This document shows, piece after piece, positions 15,815 to 24,891 of a stretch of DNA of 31,588 nt. The number at the start of each line of letters is the position of its first letter. The first letter of the stretch is position 1. The notes under the pieces are model-generated. The model was given only the letters and a program-made list of their open reading frames with translations. It did no database searches and was not told the DNA's origin. This DNA comes from a virus: IMG/VR virus record IMGVR_UViG_3300025597_000036; one strand, 5' to 3'. The position numbers and the translations under genes are program-made.

Positions 15815-16377
15815 CACTTCACCCTCATTCCTGCAGTGATCTTATCCAGCGCCGTTTTCAGATAACCCAGAACGACACTTTTTTTCTGTTCCATAACCGT
15901 CCTCACAACAGGCGTGCCCTTGATGCCCTTCTGCTTGATACTTCTCGCCAGCGCATACGCCGCCTGCATCGATTCCTGCTCTGTTTTTGTTCCAAACTTC
16001 GCTTCTACCCAGGGGATCAAATCATGCACCCAGGGCTGCCTGTTTTTACGATTTTCATAATAAGAACCATATTGCATGAACCTGAACACATGCGCCCTTG
16101 CGTTCCTGCCCTTATCCGATGGGCCGGTGATACCGGTTACTGACCCAATCCCATTCACCTTCAACCTTGTCCCGATTGATTGAGCCGTAGCTCCCGTGAA
16201 TTGTTTCACCCTCGGTACCAGTGCCCCCTTCATCTCCTTGTTGCCCTTGCGCACAGCCTGCACCAGGTACTTGTTCATCTCCTCAGGCATCTTCTCGATC
16301 AATGCAAGCTGCCGCGCCAGATCGCTGTCACCACTGATCTGAGCCTCAAAGTCAGCCTGAGTCAATTTCGATGGCAT
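15814..16377 (-). CDS. HK97 gp10-like neck/tail completion protein
   Basis: Position, size, and the pattern ...VKQFTGATAQSIG... that resembles gp10-family proteins. The similarity is weak. Confidence 0.45.
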   Translation of the reverse strand: MPSKLTQADFEAQISGDSDLARQLALIEKMPEEMNKYLVQAVRKGNKEMKGALVPRVKQFTGATAQSIGTRLKVNGIGSVTGITGPSDKGRNARAHVFRFMQYGSYYENRKNRQPWVHDLIPWVEAKFGTKTEQESMQAAYALARSIKQKGIKGTPVVRTVMEQKKSVVLGYLKTALDKITAGMRVK

Positions 16378-16380
16378 TCC

Positions 16381-17397
16381 TTAATCTCCCGTGTTGAATT
16401 GATCAAGAACCGTTGAGATCTGATTTGGCGGAAATTCGCTGTAATATCTGCCAGATCCCATTTCACTGTTACCGGTAACACCAGTGAATCCGCTCTCCGC
16501 CTTCATCCGCATCAGCGCGGCGATCTGCCTGCATAAATAATTCACCGTCTCAGGCACAACCATCTGGTAAACCGCCTTCGCAGTGTGCGCTGACGCCGTT
16601 GTACCGTTCACACCTCGCACCACCGTGAACGTCCTGTAAACTCCAATTGCTGAATCATCCGCGTGCGCTGCTTGGGTTGTCCCGTTCCATCCGCGCTTTA
16701 CCGCCAGCTTGTTCCCGCCGATCTTCTGGATAAACAAATCCTCAGTCCCGATCTGGATCACCTCGCCCGCGTGAAACTCCGCGCCGTTATCCACAGTGAT
16801 TTCATCATCCCCATCCGCAATCGCCACGTTCACCTTCGAAGTCGCCGCCGTTGCCGCCGGGCTTCCCGGTCCTCCCGACCCCGCGCTGACGTACTCCTGC
16901 TCATTTTCGATCCGCACCACCATACCCGGGCTGATCACACTTCCGTCCGCGACCACCAGCGTGGTCTCCGTTGCCGTTGCCTGAGTTACCGTCACCCCCA
17001 GGCTTACCGAATCATCATACTTACCCCACTTGCCCGTGATCTCAATATCATCCTCATCCCCCCACAGACAATCTGTTTCAATGGAGATATATGGACCATT
17101 CGCCCACATCCGGTTCAGCGGCTTCAAACGCAAATCGGCTGCAGAGATCGTCACACCATCGTTTACCAGTGTGGTCAGCTCTAAAAGTGGAGGAACAAAC
17201 AACGGCTCTCCTCGATATTTCCAGTTCACCCCGAATTTGCGCATTTCCGTCACCGGAATGAACTCCCCGCCCTTTTGCCGGATGATTTCACTCGCCGCCT
17301 TGATTCGGTCCATCAGATCTGCCTGATCCTCAAACCCGCGCATCTTGAGATCATCCATCACTTCCTTGGCCGTGCAGTAAACCTGAGCAAGTGGCAT
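16381..17397 (-). CDS. Head-tail connector/adaptor with inserted repeat domain
   Basis: ATG 17397 follows GAGGGA. The listed 17454 start would run through a GC hairpin. The N- and C-terminal ends look adaptor-like. The middle carries tandem RG-x-NGT-x-A-x-H motifs. Confidence 0.55.
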   Translation of the reverse strand: MPLAQVYCTAKEVMDDLKMRGFEDQADLMDRIKAASEIIRQKGGEFIPVTEMRKFGVNWKYRGEPLFVPPLLELTTLVNDGVTISAADLRLKPLNRMWANGPYISIETDCLWGDEDDIEITGKWGKYDDSVSLGVTVTQATATETTLVVADGSVISPGMVVRIENEQEYVSAGSGGPGSPAATAATSKVNVAIADGDDEITVDNGAEFHAGEVIQIGTEDLFIQKIGGNKLAVKRGWNGTTQAAHADDSAIGVYRTFTVVRGVNGTTASAHTAKAVYQMVVPETVNYLCRQIAALMRMKAESGFTGVTGNSEMGSGRYYSEFPPNQISTVLDQFNTGD

Positions 17398-17441
17398 TTC
17401 GATTCCCTCAAAAATAAGAAAAATAATTCCCGATTCCCATG

Positions 17442-17467
17442 TGGGGGCGCTCAATTGAACGCCCCCA
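17442..17467 (-). terminator. GC-rich hairpin after the capsid gene (attenuator/terminator candidate)
   Basis: tgggggcg-N10-cgccccca has an 8-bp stem and lies 22 nt after the capsid gene stop. A U-rich stretch occurs about 15-35 nt further on, not adjacent to the stem. Confidence 0.4.
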
Positions 17468-17488
17468 TCACATCAACGAAATACTCGC

Positions 17489-18652
17489 CTATCCAACCAG
17501 AATTGCCATGGCATCCGGCTTCACGGCCTTCACACCCCAGGCCAGACCAACCTCGTAAGCCACCCGGCGGTGCTGACGATACATCGCAACCTGGAAGGTG
17601 ATACCGGTCTGCGGGTCAGTGATATAAGCTACATCATCCGCAGCGTCGCCGCCTTCCGGCATGGCCGGTGCGCGCATCAGCAAATGGATTGCCGAACGGC
17701 TGAACGCCAGGTTCGCTGTGTAGCTGTTACCAATGGCAATGGGATCATTGTTCACCCATGCGGTCTTGAGGCCGGTTCCAGCCAGCACAATATCTCCGTC
17801 GCCGTCTCCAGCAAAACCGGTTTTCACCAGATATTTATTGGTGTCACGACCGGTCTTGGTGTTGGTGATAATATCGCCCGCTTTGATAGCTCCAGCTCCA
17901 GTATCCACATGAATCGTGGTGCTTCCGGCCGCATAACCTGCAGTCAGATCGACTGCATAGGCACTGCCACCACCCTTGGTGTGGGTTTTCACCTGAGCGC
18001 TTTCGCGCATATCGAATCCAAGCAGCGGCAATAAGACCCCGCGCCGCAGCAGTGAATCATTCCCAGCATCTCCCGCGTTGGTCAGCTGGGTCAATGAACG
18101 CAAATTCACGCCTGCTGTGGTGTCAATCACGCACTGCAGATCGCTCTGCGGTGCCCCGGCGTCCTTCAACAGCTTGCCCAGTTGAGCCAGGCACGCCAGC
18201 TTATTGGTGCTGTCGAACGGGGTGGATCCCGCTGTGCCATAGAACCACGAAGCATAAACATACAACCCGGCCAGATCGGCTTCAACCTCATTAATCAATG
18301 TGCGCATCGATTGCGCAAACTGATCCTCAAGAGTCCTGCCGTAAAGCCCGCCCAGTCCCTTCTGTTCTTCACCGGTCCAGAAAAACGACGTGCTGCGGAA
18401 CTTGGTAATCGTGATCGTTCCCGGAGAAACTGTCTGCTCATTAGGGTCAGGCCCCGTTGCCGACGCTTCAATATCGCCCGCGGTCTGTGCAGCCACGATC
18501 GGGTAACTGAGATTCTGATTCTTCGCCACCTGCTCACCTGAAGCATCAAGGGTGACCGCAGGAATAAACCCGGTCAGCTCCCTCATCACCACATCTATGG
18601 ATTTATAGAGGGTAGGAATAAGACCAGTCAACGTATTTGCTTTTTCAACCAT
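17489..18652 (-). CDS. Major capsid protein (P22 coat-like, HK97 fold)
   Basis: Strong SD (GGAGGTATTCAAATG). The gene follows the protease and scaffold genes. The C-terminus ...VAYEVGLAWGVKAVKPDAMAILVG resembles the P22 gp5 C-terminus ...[20 protein letters not shown]. Confidence 0.8.
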   Translation of the reverse strand: MVEKANTLTGLIPTLYKSIDVVMRELTGFIPAVTLDASGEQVAKNQNLSYPIVAAQTAGDIEASATGPDPNEQTVSPGTITITKFRSTSFFWTGEEQKGLGGLYGRTLEDQFAQSMRTLINEVEADLAGLYVYASWFYGTAGSTPFDSTNKLACLAQLGKLLKDAGAPQSDLQCVIDTTAGVNLRSLTQLTNAGDAGNDSLLRRGVLLPLLGFDMRESAQVKTHTKGGGSAYAVDLTAGYAAGSTTIHVDTGAGAIKAGDIITNTKTGRDTNKYLVKTGFAGDGDGDIVLAGTGLKTAWVNNDPIAIGNSYTANLAFSRSAIHLLMRAPAMPEGGDAADDVAYITDPQTGITFQVAMYRQHRRVAYEVGLAWGVKAVKPDAMAILVG

Positions 18653-18703
18653 TTGAATACCTCCAAAAAAGATTTCTAGAAATTGATCATCCTAAGGACC
18701 GAA

Positions 18704-19072
18704 TCAGTCCTCCAGGGCTCCGCCGGAGCGGATAAACGCCGCCTGTTCGCTCAGGCTTAACTTGTTGAACTCGGCCCGCTTGATGGTCGTTGGCTGTTCG
18801 TCAACTTCATCTTCAGGACTCGTATTGCTGACGGGTACGAAGTTCTTGGCGATGTCATTCGGCCGATTGGCCCTCTGCATCTTTTCATACAGAGCTTCAG
18901 CATCAGCCAGTTTCTTCTGCGCCTCATCCAGCTTCGGCTGCAGATCAATCACCGCTTTCAGCCTGCTCTCTTCGGTTCCGTCGAGCAGCAGCGTATGAAT
19001 TTCATTCGCGATTCGCTGCTCCTCGTCCTTTGCCGCGTTCACTGCGTCAAGACACGGTTTCAAATCAAACAT
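18704..19072 (-). CDS. Scaffolding-like coiled-coil protein
   Basis: ATG 19072 (MFDLKPCLDAV...). The product is acidic and helical, about 122 aa, and sits between the protease and capsid genes. The listed 19234 start lies inside the protease gene. Confidence 0.55.
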   Translation of the reverse strand: MFDLKPCLDAVNAAKDEEQRIANEIHTLLLDGTEESRLKAVIDLQPKLDEAQKKLADAEALYEKMQRANRPNDIAKNFVPVSNTSPEDEVDEQPTTIKRAEFNKLSLSEQAAFIRSGGALED

Positions 19073-19904
19073 GATGTGACTCCTTTCGTAAAATTTGATT
19101 GACTCGCTCATTGAGGGCTCGCGCCTCGCGTACGATCTCATCATCCATTTCCCGGTTGCTGGATCCCGGTTGTGAAGATGAATTGTCAGTAAAGAATGCC
19201 CGCCGCACCTGCTCCGGCACATTCGAATACCCATCCAGACAATTTAAAATGGCTGCATTCTGCAAATTCATCGCACTTGCCTTTTGTGGCCCGCCGACAA
19301 TTTCATCAATGAATCCATAATCCAGGGCCTCGCGCGCGCTCATCCACGTTGTGTCATGCATCATCTTTGAGATTCTCTCAACCCCCAGTTTGGTTTTCTC
19401 CTCATAGGTATCAACCAACCCATTCTTGATCACCTTGAGAAAATCAATCGCCGCCTTAAAATCTTCAGCATTTCCCCATACCATCATCGATGGATCATGA
19501 ATCATGAAGTAGGCCGTATCCTGCATCAGGATCCTGTCACCCGCAATAGCAATGAACGTTGCCGCGCTTGCACATAATCCATCGATCCTTGTGGTCACCT
19601 TACCCGGGTAATCCACCAGCATGGACCGAATGGCACTCGCAGCATACACTTCACCGCCCGGCGAATGAATCCTCACAGTGATCGGCCCGCCTTTTCCCAG
19701 GTTATACAGATCAGCCTTGAATTTTGCAGGGGTAATTTCATCACCCCACCAGCTGTATTCGCTGATATACCCGTAAAACTCGATTTCCGGTTCACCGCTT
19801 TCAGATTCAGCGGCATCCCGCAACGTCCAGAATGGTTCGTATGGTTTCGCGTTACCCTCAAAACACCGTACCGGAACTTTCAATGTTTGAATTGCCTTAC
19901 TCAT
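19065..19904 (-). CDS. ClpP-family (S14) prohead protease
   Basis: SD GGAGGTGGTC precedes ATG 19904. Motifs IHSPGGEVYAASAI and DGLCASAATFIAIAGD. Confidence 0.85.
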   Translation of the reverse strand: MSKAIQTLKVPVRCFEGNAKPYEPFWTLRDAAESESGEPEIEFYGYISEYSWWGDEITPAKFKADLYNLGKGGPITVRIHSPGGEVYAASAIRSMLVDYPGKVTTRIDGLCASAATFIAIAGDRILMQDTAYFMIHDPSMMVWGNAEDFKAAIDFLKVIKNGLVDTYEEKTKLGVERISKMMHDTTWMSAREALDYGFIDEIVGGPQKASAMNLQNAAILNCLDGYSNVPEQVRRAFFTDNSSSQPGSSNREMDDEIVREARALNERVNQILRKESHHV

Positions 19905-21111
19905 GACCACCTCCAATCGGCAAAATATTCCCCGCCATGTAAAATCTGTCACCGTCCGGATATGCGCTCATATCATCCTTTTCGCGTGCCTCGTTCGGTG
20001 TCATCATTCCGTTTTGAATCCTGATCTGCATCGATTCAGCCCTTGCTTTGCTGTCCATCCGAAGCAGCGCTTCCCGTACAAACTTGAAATAGGTATAAGG
20101 TTGCTCTTCCCGCGATAACCACTTGATCCTTGCCGCCTCTTCCCACGGCACCAGGTAGGCATCTAGCGTTCCTTGCAGGTACTCGATGTATTTCTGTTCG
20201 TTAGAGTTGTAGGCTTCCTTGCCCCGGTTCAGCATGTGCTCCGGTAGCCCGAAGAAATTGCAGATCTGCCTGTCATTCGCATCGATACTCTCTAAGAATT
20301 GCTGATCCTTCAACTGAATATCGATTGGTTTGAACTCAGTGATCATGCTGTCAAATACAGCCAGGCGATAAGCATTTTCTGACCCGCTCATTTCTTCCTC
20401 AAACGCCTGCCGAATTCTTTTTCTCGCCTCCGGGTTTTTGATTTCCCCGGCTGTTTTGATGTACCCCGCAGGCATAAAACCCTGCGAGAAAAACTTCGAT
20501 TGCGTTTTATGTGCTGCCAGTTGTCTCCCAAATGTCTCTCTGGCAAAAGTGATCACACCACGCCCCATGAACCCTGTCGCGTCCGGGTTGATCAGCAGGT
20601 GCAGAATCTCAACCGAAGGAATATAAGATGCCTTGCCATTGGTAAACTCATGTCGGTACCACAGATTGCCGTCCATATCGAACACCGGTTGCGTCTTATT
20701 CGCAGGAAGAACCAGTAATTGCCGCGGACCTACAACCGGGCTCCAGATATAGGCATTCCCGTAAAACAACAGCCACTCAATGGTTGCTTTCTTGAACTGA
20801 AACGGTGACCATCCCCAGATATTTGGGCTCACCTGCAGCAGGTACGCCATATTGCGCGTGACCGGATCAGGTTGCACCTGTTCAATATTTCTACCGAAAC
20901 GCCTCACCATTTGAAACGGCAACTTGGCAACATCGTCCGAAATAATATTTTTCGCCCGGTACGCTGTAGCGATGGCCTGTGCCCCGGCCACAGAAACCCG
21001 CTCTCCCGCTTCGGTGTAATACCCCCACGAAGGCGCATACTCCGCGTGTGGTGTTTCCTTCGGATCTTCTTTGACCTCTTTTTTTGTGCTAAGCAGTTCT
21101 CTGAGAATCAT
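19897..21111 (-). CDS. Portal protein (HK97-type)
   Basis: 404 aa, located in the packaging/head gene block between the terminase genes and the protease gene. The sequence pattern is portal-family-like. Confidence 0.85.
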   Translation of the reverse strand: MILRELLSTKKEVKEDPKETPHAEYAPSWGYYTEAGERVSVAGAQAIATAYRAKNIISDDVAKLPFQMVRRFGRNIEQVQPDPVTRNMAYLLQVSPNIWGWSPFQFKKATIEWLLFYGNAYIWSPVVGPRQLLVLPANKTQPVFDMDGNLWYRHEFTNGKASYIPSVEILHLLINPDATGFMGRGVITFARETFGRQLAAHKTQSKFFSQGFMPAGYIKTAGEIKNPEARKRIRQAFEEEMSGSENAYRLAVFDSMITEFKPIDIQLKDQQFLESIDANDRQICNFFGLPEHMLNRGKEAYNSNEQKYIEYLQGTLDAYLVPWEEAARIKWLSREEQPYTYFKFVREALLRMDSKARAESMQIRIQNGMMTPNEAREKDDMSAYPDGDRFYMAGNILPIGGGHE

Positions 21112-21281
21112 TTTTCATTTGCCTTTCCCTGCGAACCTTCAATCTTTCCCAAAATGACAGCCAGGCAGATTAGAAATACACCGCTTACGATCACCGCCGC
21201 TGGTACATTCAACATCGCAACCCCAATCACGACACAGGCGCATCCCAGTAACAAGAGAACATCATCGATATAACCTTTCAT
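21108..21281 (-). CDS. Small two-TM membrane protein (57 aa)
   Basis: ATG 21281 has ATGA overlaps at both ends. Sequence MKGYIDDVLLLLGCACVVIGVAMLNVPAAVIVSGVFLICLAVILGK... Confidence 0.55.
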   Translation of the reverse strand: MKGYIDDVLLLLGCACVVIGVAMLNVPAAVIVSGVFLICLAVILGKIEGSQGKANEK

Positions 21282-21880
21282 TTTTCCTCCTGATATGCGC
21301 CAAAAACATTCACGAGAGGCCCAGACATCGCCCGCAATCGTTCGACATTGGGCAAATATGCCCGGGCATCCTCGATCCACGGCCTCAAATGTTCCATGAG
21401 CGGATAGTGAAAGCACGGCACATCGTGCTGATAGGGGTGAAAGTACACCCTATCACCCTGGTACAGGTCCATTCCGCACAGGATCACCGGCTCGCACCCC
21501 ATCCAGAGCGCGAACCACGCAGCCGTATTCGAGCTGTAGAAACCCTCCCACACCTCCACATCAAATTGGATATCCGATGTGGGATCCGAACTTACGCGCA
21601 CCGCCCTGCTTTTCCTAACTGCCTCCAGCAGTTTTGGATCTGATTCGGGTTGATCGTTGTACACCATAAAATCCGGTTTGCAGATATAAAATGCGTGATA
21701 ATTCACCGCAATCAATACACAGCTCTTTGGCAAACGTTTCATATCCACAGGCAGGCTGGGACCTCCACCCAGTACAGCTGCCGGTCGTCCCTTGTAAAAA
21801 TCCCGCATTTCACTCATCAATTTAGGCATACGCTTGCGCATTGCCATTTTTCCTCTTTCGTTCTTGGCCAGGTTCAGCAT
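21278..21880 (-). CDS. DUF115/MptE-like, GT42 sialyltransferase-like protein
   Basis: ATG 21880 overlaps the TerL stop (TGATG). Motifs GRPAAVLGGGPSLPVDMKRLP...IAVN and NTAAWFALWMGCEPVILCGMDLYQG parallel the GNGPSL...RCN and GxDFYQ motifs of Cst-type and Maf-type enzymes. Confidence 0.6.
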   Translation of the reverse strand: MLNLAKNERGKMAMRKRMPKLMSEMRDFYKGRPAAVLGGGPSLPVDMKRLPKSCVLIAVNYHAFYICKPDFMVYNDQPESDPKLLEAVRKSRAVRVSSDPTSDIQFDVEVWEGFYSSNTAAWFALWMGCEPVILCGMDLYQGDRVYFHPYQHDVPCFHYPLMEHLRPWIEDARAYLPNVERLRAMSGPLVNVFGAYQEEK

Positions 21881-23649
21881 CACATCCCCCAATCTTCACT
21901 GAGAATCTGGTCACTGATATCACGACCAGTTCCATCCTGTAAAACGCGTAACCTGACCATAGCGTTGATCAACGCAGCCAGAGGATCGATTCTTTGTGTA
22001 TCATCCTTGTTCTTCTTAGACAATTTGATGTTTTCGTTATTGTCATGAACCTCTTTTGCGTTACCAACCGCCCACTTCAACAGTGGACTTCCATCGTGGA
22101 TGTACTTCCCCTGAGCCACATATTCCCTGAAGAGTTTGGTCGGCTCACTCAAAGTTTGAACACCCTGGCGAATATCAATACAAACCCGCCCTTTTTTCGC
22201 AAGACGGCTCATTAGATAGGTCGCATTGTATGGATCAGCTGTAAATTCAAGAATTTTCCACTGATTTTCCTCTTCAACTTTCGAAAGATGATCGTCGATT
22301 GCGTCATAATCCGTCACCTCTCCCTCAGTCAACGTCAGCCACCCCTCATTTGCCCAGTCGCGATAAGGGATTTTGTCTAACCGCTCATGCCTGACAATCG
22401 CAGCTTCAGGCAGAAATCCATGTGCGCAAAACGCAATTTTGTCTTCTTCCGGAAGGTAGAAAAGAAAACCATCAGCAGTTAAATCAAGTTTTTTCGCCAG
22501 GTCTGCCCCAGCAATGCAGGGCATCCCCCGCGTCATCGCGGCAAAAGCATCTCTCCGTTCCTGAGGTGTGGATCGATTGACCGGCAAAATCGCATGGGCA
22601 TCCCAGTTTTCCAGATACCCGGCCATGTAACTTGATTCCGAGTCATAAACCCACTTATTGAGACGCTTAATTCGAAATGTCCTGATCTTATCGGGATCTT
22701 TCGAATCAAACGCCATATCGTGTTCTTCTTTCAACTCCTGCCACGCATCCTTGAGAGTTGAAATCAGCGGGTTAGCTTTCTTCCAGTTGTTAGGATCGTG
22801 CTCATCGTCATCAGGATCCAACTCACAGATATAAACAAAATACCTGTCATTTGAGACGGTCCCATTCAATATCGATTTACAGTATTGATACTCCTTGAAG
22901 CATGGTGATTTTTCAGCATCAACCCCCGCCGTTGTAATAATCACCATCATCATATTCGGCCGGTGTGCCCTGGCCGAGAAAATTGCATCATAAATCACAC
23001 TGGTCGGGTGAGCATGATACTCATCGATGATGACAAACGAAGGGTTCAGCGCATCCTTGTTTCGTGTGTCTTTAGACAATGGCATGAACGATCCACCACG
23101 ATCCCGATGTTCGATCTTCCCTTTTTTCAAGATCAAACGCTTCGAAATATCCGTCGACTTTTCACCCATCACCTTGGCATTATCAAATAACAGCCTGGCC
23201 TGTTCCTTGTCGGTTGCAGCGCAATACACCCTCGGTGACTCTTCACGATCTCCCACCATTGCATAATTTGCCAGTACGCTGCACGTGGTAGTTTTTGCAT
23301 TCTTCCGGCCAAACTGAAGATACGCCTGCTTAAACCTGCGATAACCGGTGGTCTTATGAACCCACCCGAACATACACCCAAGCATAAATTTCTGAAACGG
23401 TATCAGCTTGATCGGGGTTCCAACCAATTCAGGATCCCCCTCAACATGCACACAATAGCCGAAGAAGTCATAAACCAAATTCGCTTTTTCTTCATCAAAC
23501 ACCCACGGAAAATTCTTGCTACCCTGACGTTTCAAATCATCAAGGTGCCGTTTACACGCCAATAACTCAGACTGACCGACAACATACTTTCCTTCGGTCA
23601 CATCAATCGCATATTGCGTGCACGGGTGAATGGTTTTACTGTTTTTCAT
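21880..23649 (-). CDS. terL: Terminase large subunit
   Basis: 589 aa. ATPase Walker B-like FVIIDEYHAH. C-terminal nuclease region. TAATG coupling to terS. Confidence 0.9.
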   Translation of the reverse strand: MKNSKTIHPCTQYAIDVTEGKYVVGQSELLACKRHLDDLKRQGSKNFPWVFDEEKANLVYDFFGYCVHVEGDPELVGTPIKLIPFQKFMLGCMFGWVHKTTGYRRFKQAYLQFGRKNAKTTTCSVLANYAMVGDREESPRVYCAATDKEQARLLFDNAKVMGEKSTDISKRLILKKGKIEHRDRGGSFMPLSKDTRNKDALNPSFVIIDEYHAHPTSVIYDAIFSARAHRPNMMMVIITTAGVDAEKSPCFKEYQYCKSILNGTVSNDRYFVYICELDPDDDEHDPNNWKKANPLISTLKDAWQELKEEHDMAFDSKDPDKIRTFRIKRLNKWVYDSESSYMAGYLENWDAHAILPVNRSTPQERRDAFAAMTRGMPCIAGADLAKKLDLTADGFLFYLPEEDKIAFCAHGFLPEAAIVRHERLDKIPYRDWANEGWLTLTEGEVTDYDAIDDHLSKVEEENQWKILEFTADPYNATYLMSRLAKKGRVCIDIRQGVQTLSEPTKLFREYVAQGKYIHDGSPLLKWAVGNAKEVHDNNENIKLSKKNKDDTQRIDPLAALINAMVRLRVLQDGTGRDISDQILSEDWGM

Positions 23650-24140
23650 TAGTCAAACTTCTTCCCAAAACTATCAAGTACCTTATCCGCTTTCTTTTTC
23701 ACAAGTCTTGCTCTTGCTGCGGGTGTAAACCCTAACTTATCTGCTGCTTGTGCCTGAATCCTTGCCCACGCCTGAAGCGCTTTTATTTCATCAAGATCAT
23801 TCACGTCTCTCATTTCCTTAATCTTTGCGCTTGCCAGGCAATATGTCGCCAATAACTCTGTGTCGAGGTTATCGAGGAGTTCCATGTCTTTTGCTGACGA
23901 GGTTACTCTTCTCCAAATAGCCAATGCCTCTGTGCTCAACCATGCTGGTGGATTAAGCGATTTTTTTACCTTTCGCTTTCCACTCTCCTCGGCGTGTTTT
24001 CGCGCCTCGATTTCCTTCTTGGTCCAGTGTTTTCCACCAGACTGCGTCATCACCTCCACTGTTACATGCTTTGTCGGCATCCATTCACATCCCCTTAACA
24101 GTTCTGATCGGGGAATTTTTCTTGCATTCGAGCCACGCAC
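23649..24140 (-). CDS. terS: Terminase small subunit (P27-like)
   Basis: Sits between the HNH and TerL genes. Pattern HWTKKEIEARKHAEE...ALAIWRRV...ELLATYCLA. The start is uncertain (GTG 24140, ATG 24080 or ATG 24050). Confidence 0.7.
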   Translation of the reverse strand: MRGSNARKIPRSELLRGCEWMPTKHVTVEVMTQSGGKHWTKKEIEARKHAEESGKRKVKKSLNPPAWLSTEALAIWRRVTSSAKDMELLDNLDTELLATYCLASAKIKEMRDVNDLDEIKALQAWARIQAQAADKLGFTPAARARLVKKKADKVLDSFGKKFD

Positions 24141-24158
24141 GGTTTATATCGGAAGGTT

Positions 24159-24551
24159 TCAAACATTTTGACCCCCCTCCCCTTGGACCATCCGTACCGC
24201 ATTCCCAAACCCGCCGTCATACATCACCGTTTTCTTTGAGTGACACCGGCTGCACAACCCCTGCAGATTGCTCTCCGCGTCCGTTCCACCTTTTGACCTC
24301 GCCACCACATGATCCACATGCACCGCCCTCACCTGCACTCCAACGTGATCCCCAAACGGATCGCAGCACAGCGGATGTTTCTGCAGATACGCAACCCTAA
24401 CCCTCTGCCATGCATAGTCATACCCGCGCGCACTCGCACTCCCGCGCTCCTGCTCTCGCTTCCTCCTGTGGACCGCACACAGCGAACCAGACTGTACCAA
24501 CTCAGTACAGCCAGGATACACACACGGCTTCAGCGCACGCATCGGACTCAT
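24159..24551 (-). CDS. HNH endonuclease (packaging-associated)
   Basis: VHVDHVVARSKGGTDAESNLQGLCSRCHSKKT plus N-terminal Cys pairs. The gene sits immediately upstream of terS. Confidence 0.85.
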   Translation of the reverse strand: MSPMRALKPCVYPGCTELVQSGSLCAVHRRKREQERGSASARGYDYAWQRVRVAYLQKHPLCCDPFGDHVGVQVRAVHVDHVVARSKGGTDAESNLQGLCSRCHSKKTVMYDGGFGNAVRMVQGEGGQNV

Positions 24552-24880
24552 CAGCTCTTCTTCCTCATCCCCTTGATATCATTCACCGCATTCTGAACAC
24601 GCAGCTCCACCCTCTCATCGTGATCATCAATCTTCCTGCTCAACTTCTCCAGCGCTTCAGTAACCTTCTCCATCGCGTTTGTCGTATCCGTGTTCGTCTC
24701 CTTCATCCAGTCCTGCCACTGCTGGTCACGCTTCTGAATGAATTCTTGCCAGCTTCCCTGCTGCCTCGATTGCCAGTTCAGCAGAATTACGATCACCACG
24801 ATCAACAAAACCACGAACACAGCCTGCTCCCAGGCTGTAAACGGAATTGCCCCAATCTCACCCGCGGCAACGGCGAACAT
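24551..24880 (-). CDS. Single-TM plus coiled-coil membrane protein (lysis accessory candidate)
   Basis: TM helix AVFVVLLIVVIVILL is followed by a charged helical tail. Confidence 0.45.
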   Translation of the reverse strand: MFAVAAGEIGAIPFTAWEQAVFVVLLIVVIVILLNWQSRQQGSWQEFIQKRDQQWQDWMKETNTDTTNAMEKVTEALEKLSRKIDDHDERVELRVQNAVNDIKGMRKKS

Positions 24881-24891
24881 CGCAGCCCGCC

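Noticed and set aside
18704-19234. N-terminal extensions of several listed ORFs (18704..19234, 21108..21416, 30655..31194, 29750..30838, 16381..17454, 3888..5786)
   Set aside because: The extensions lie inside upstream genes or hairpins and start at GTG or TTG. In each case an internal ATG with a good SD and a coupled junction gives the more plausible gene.
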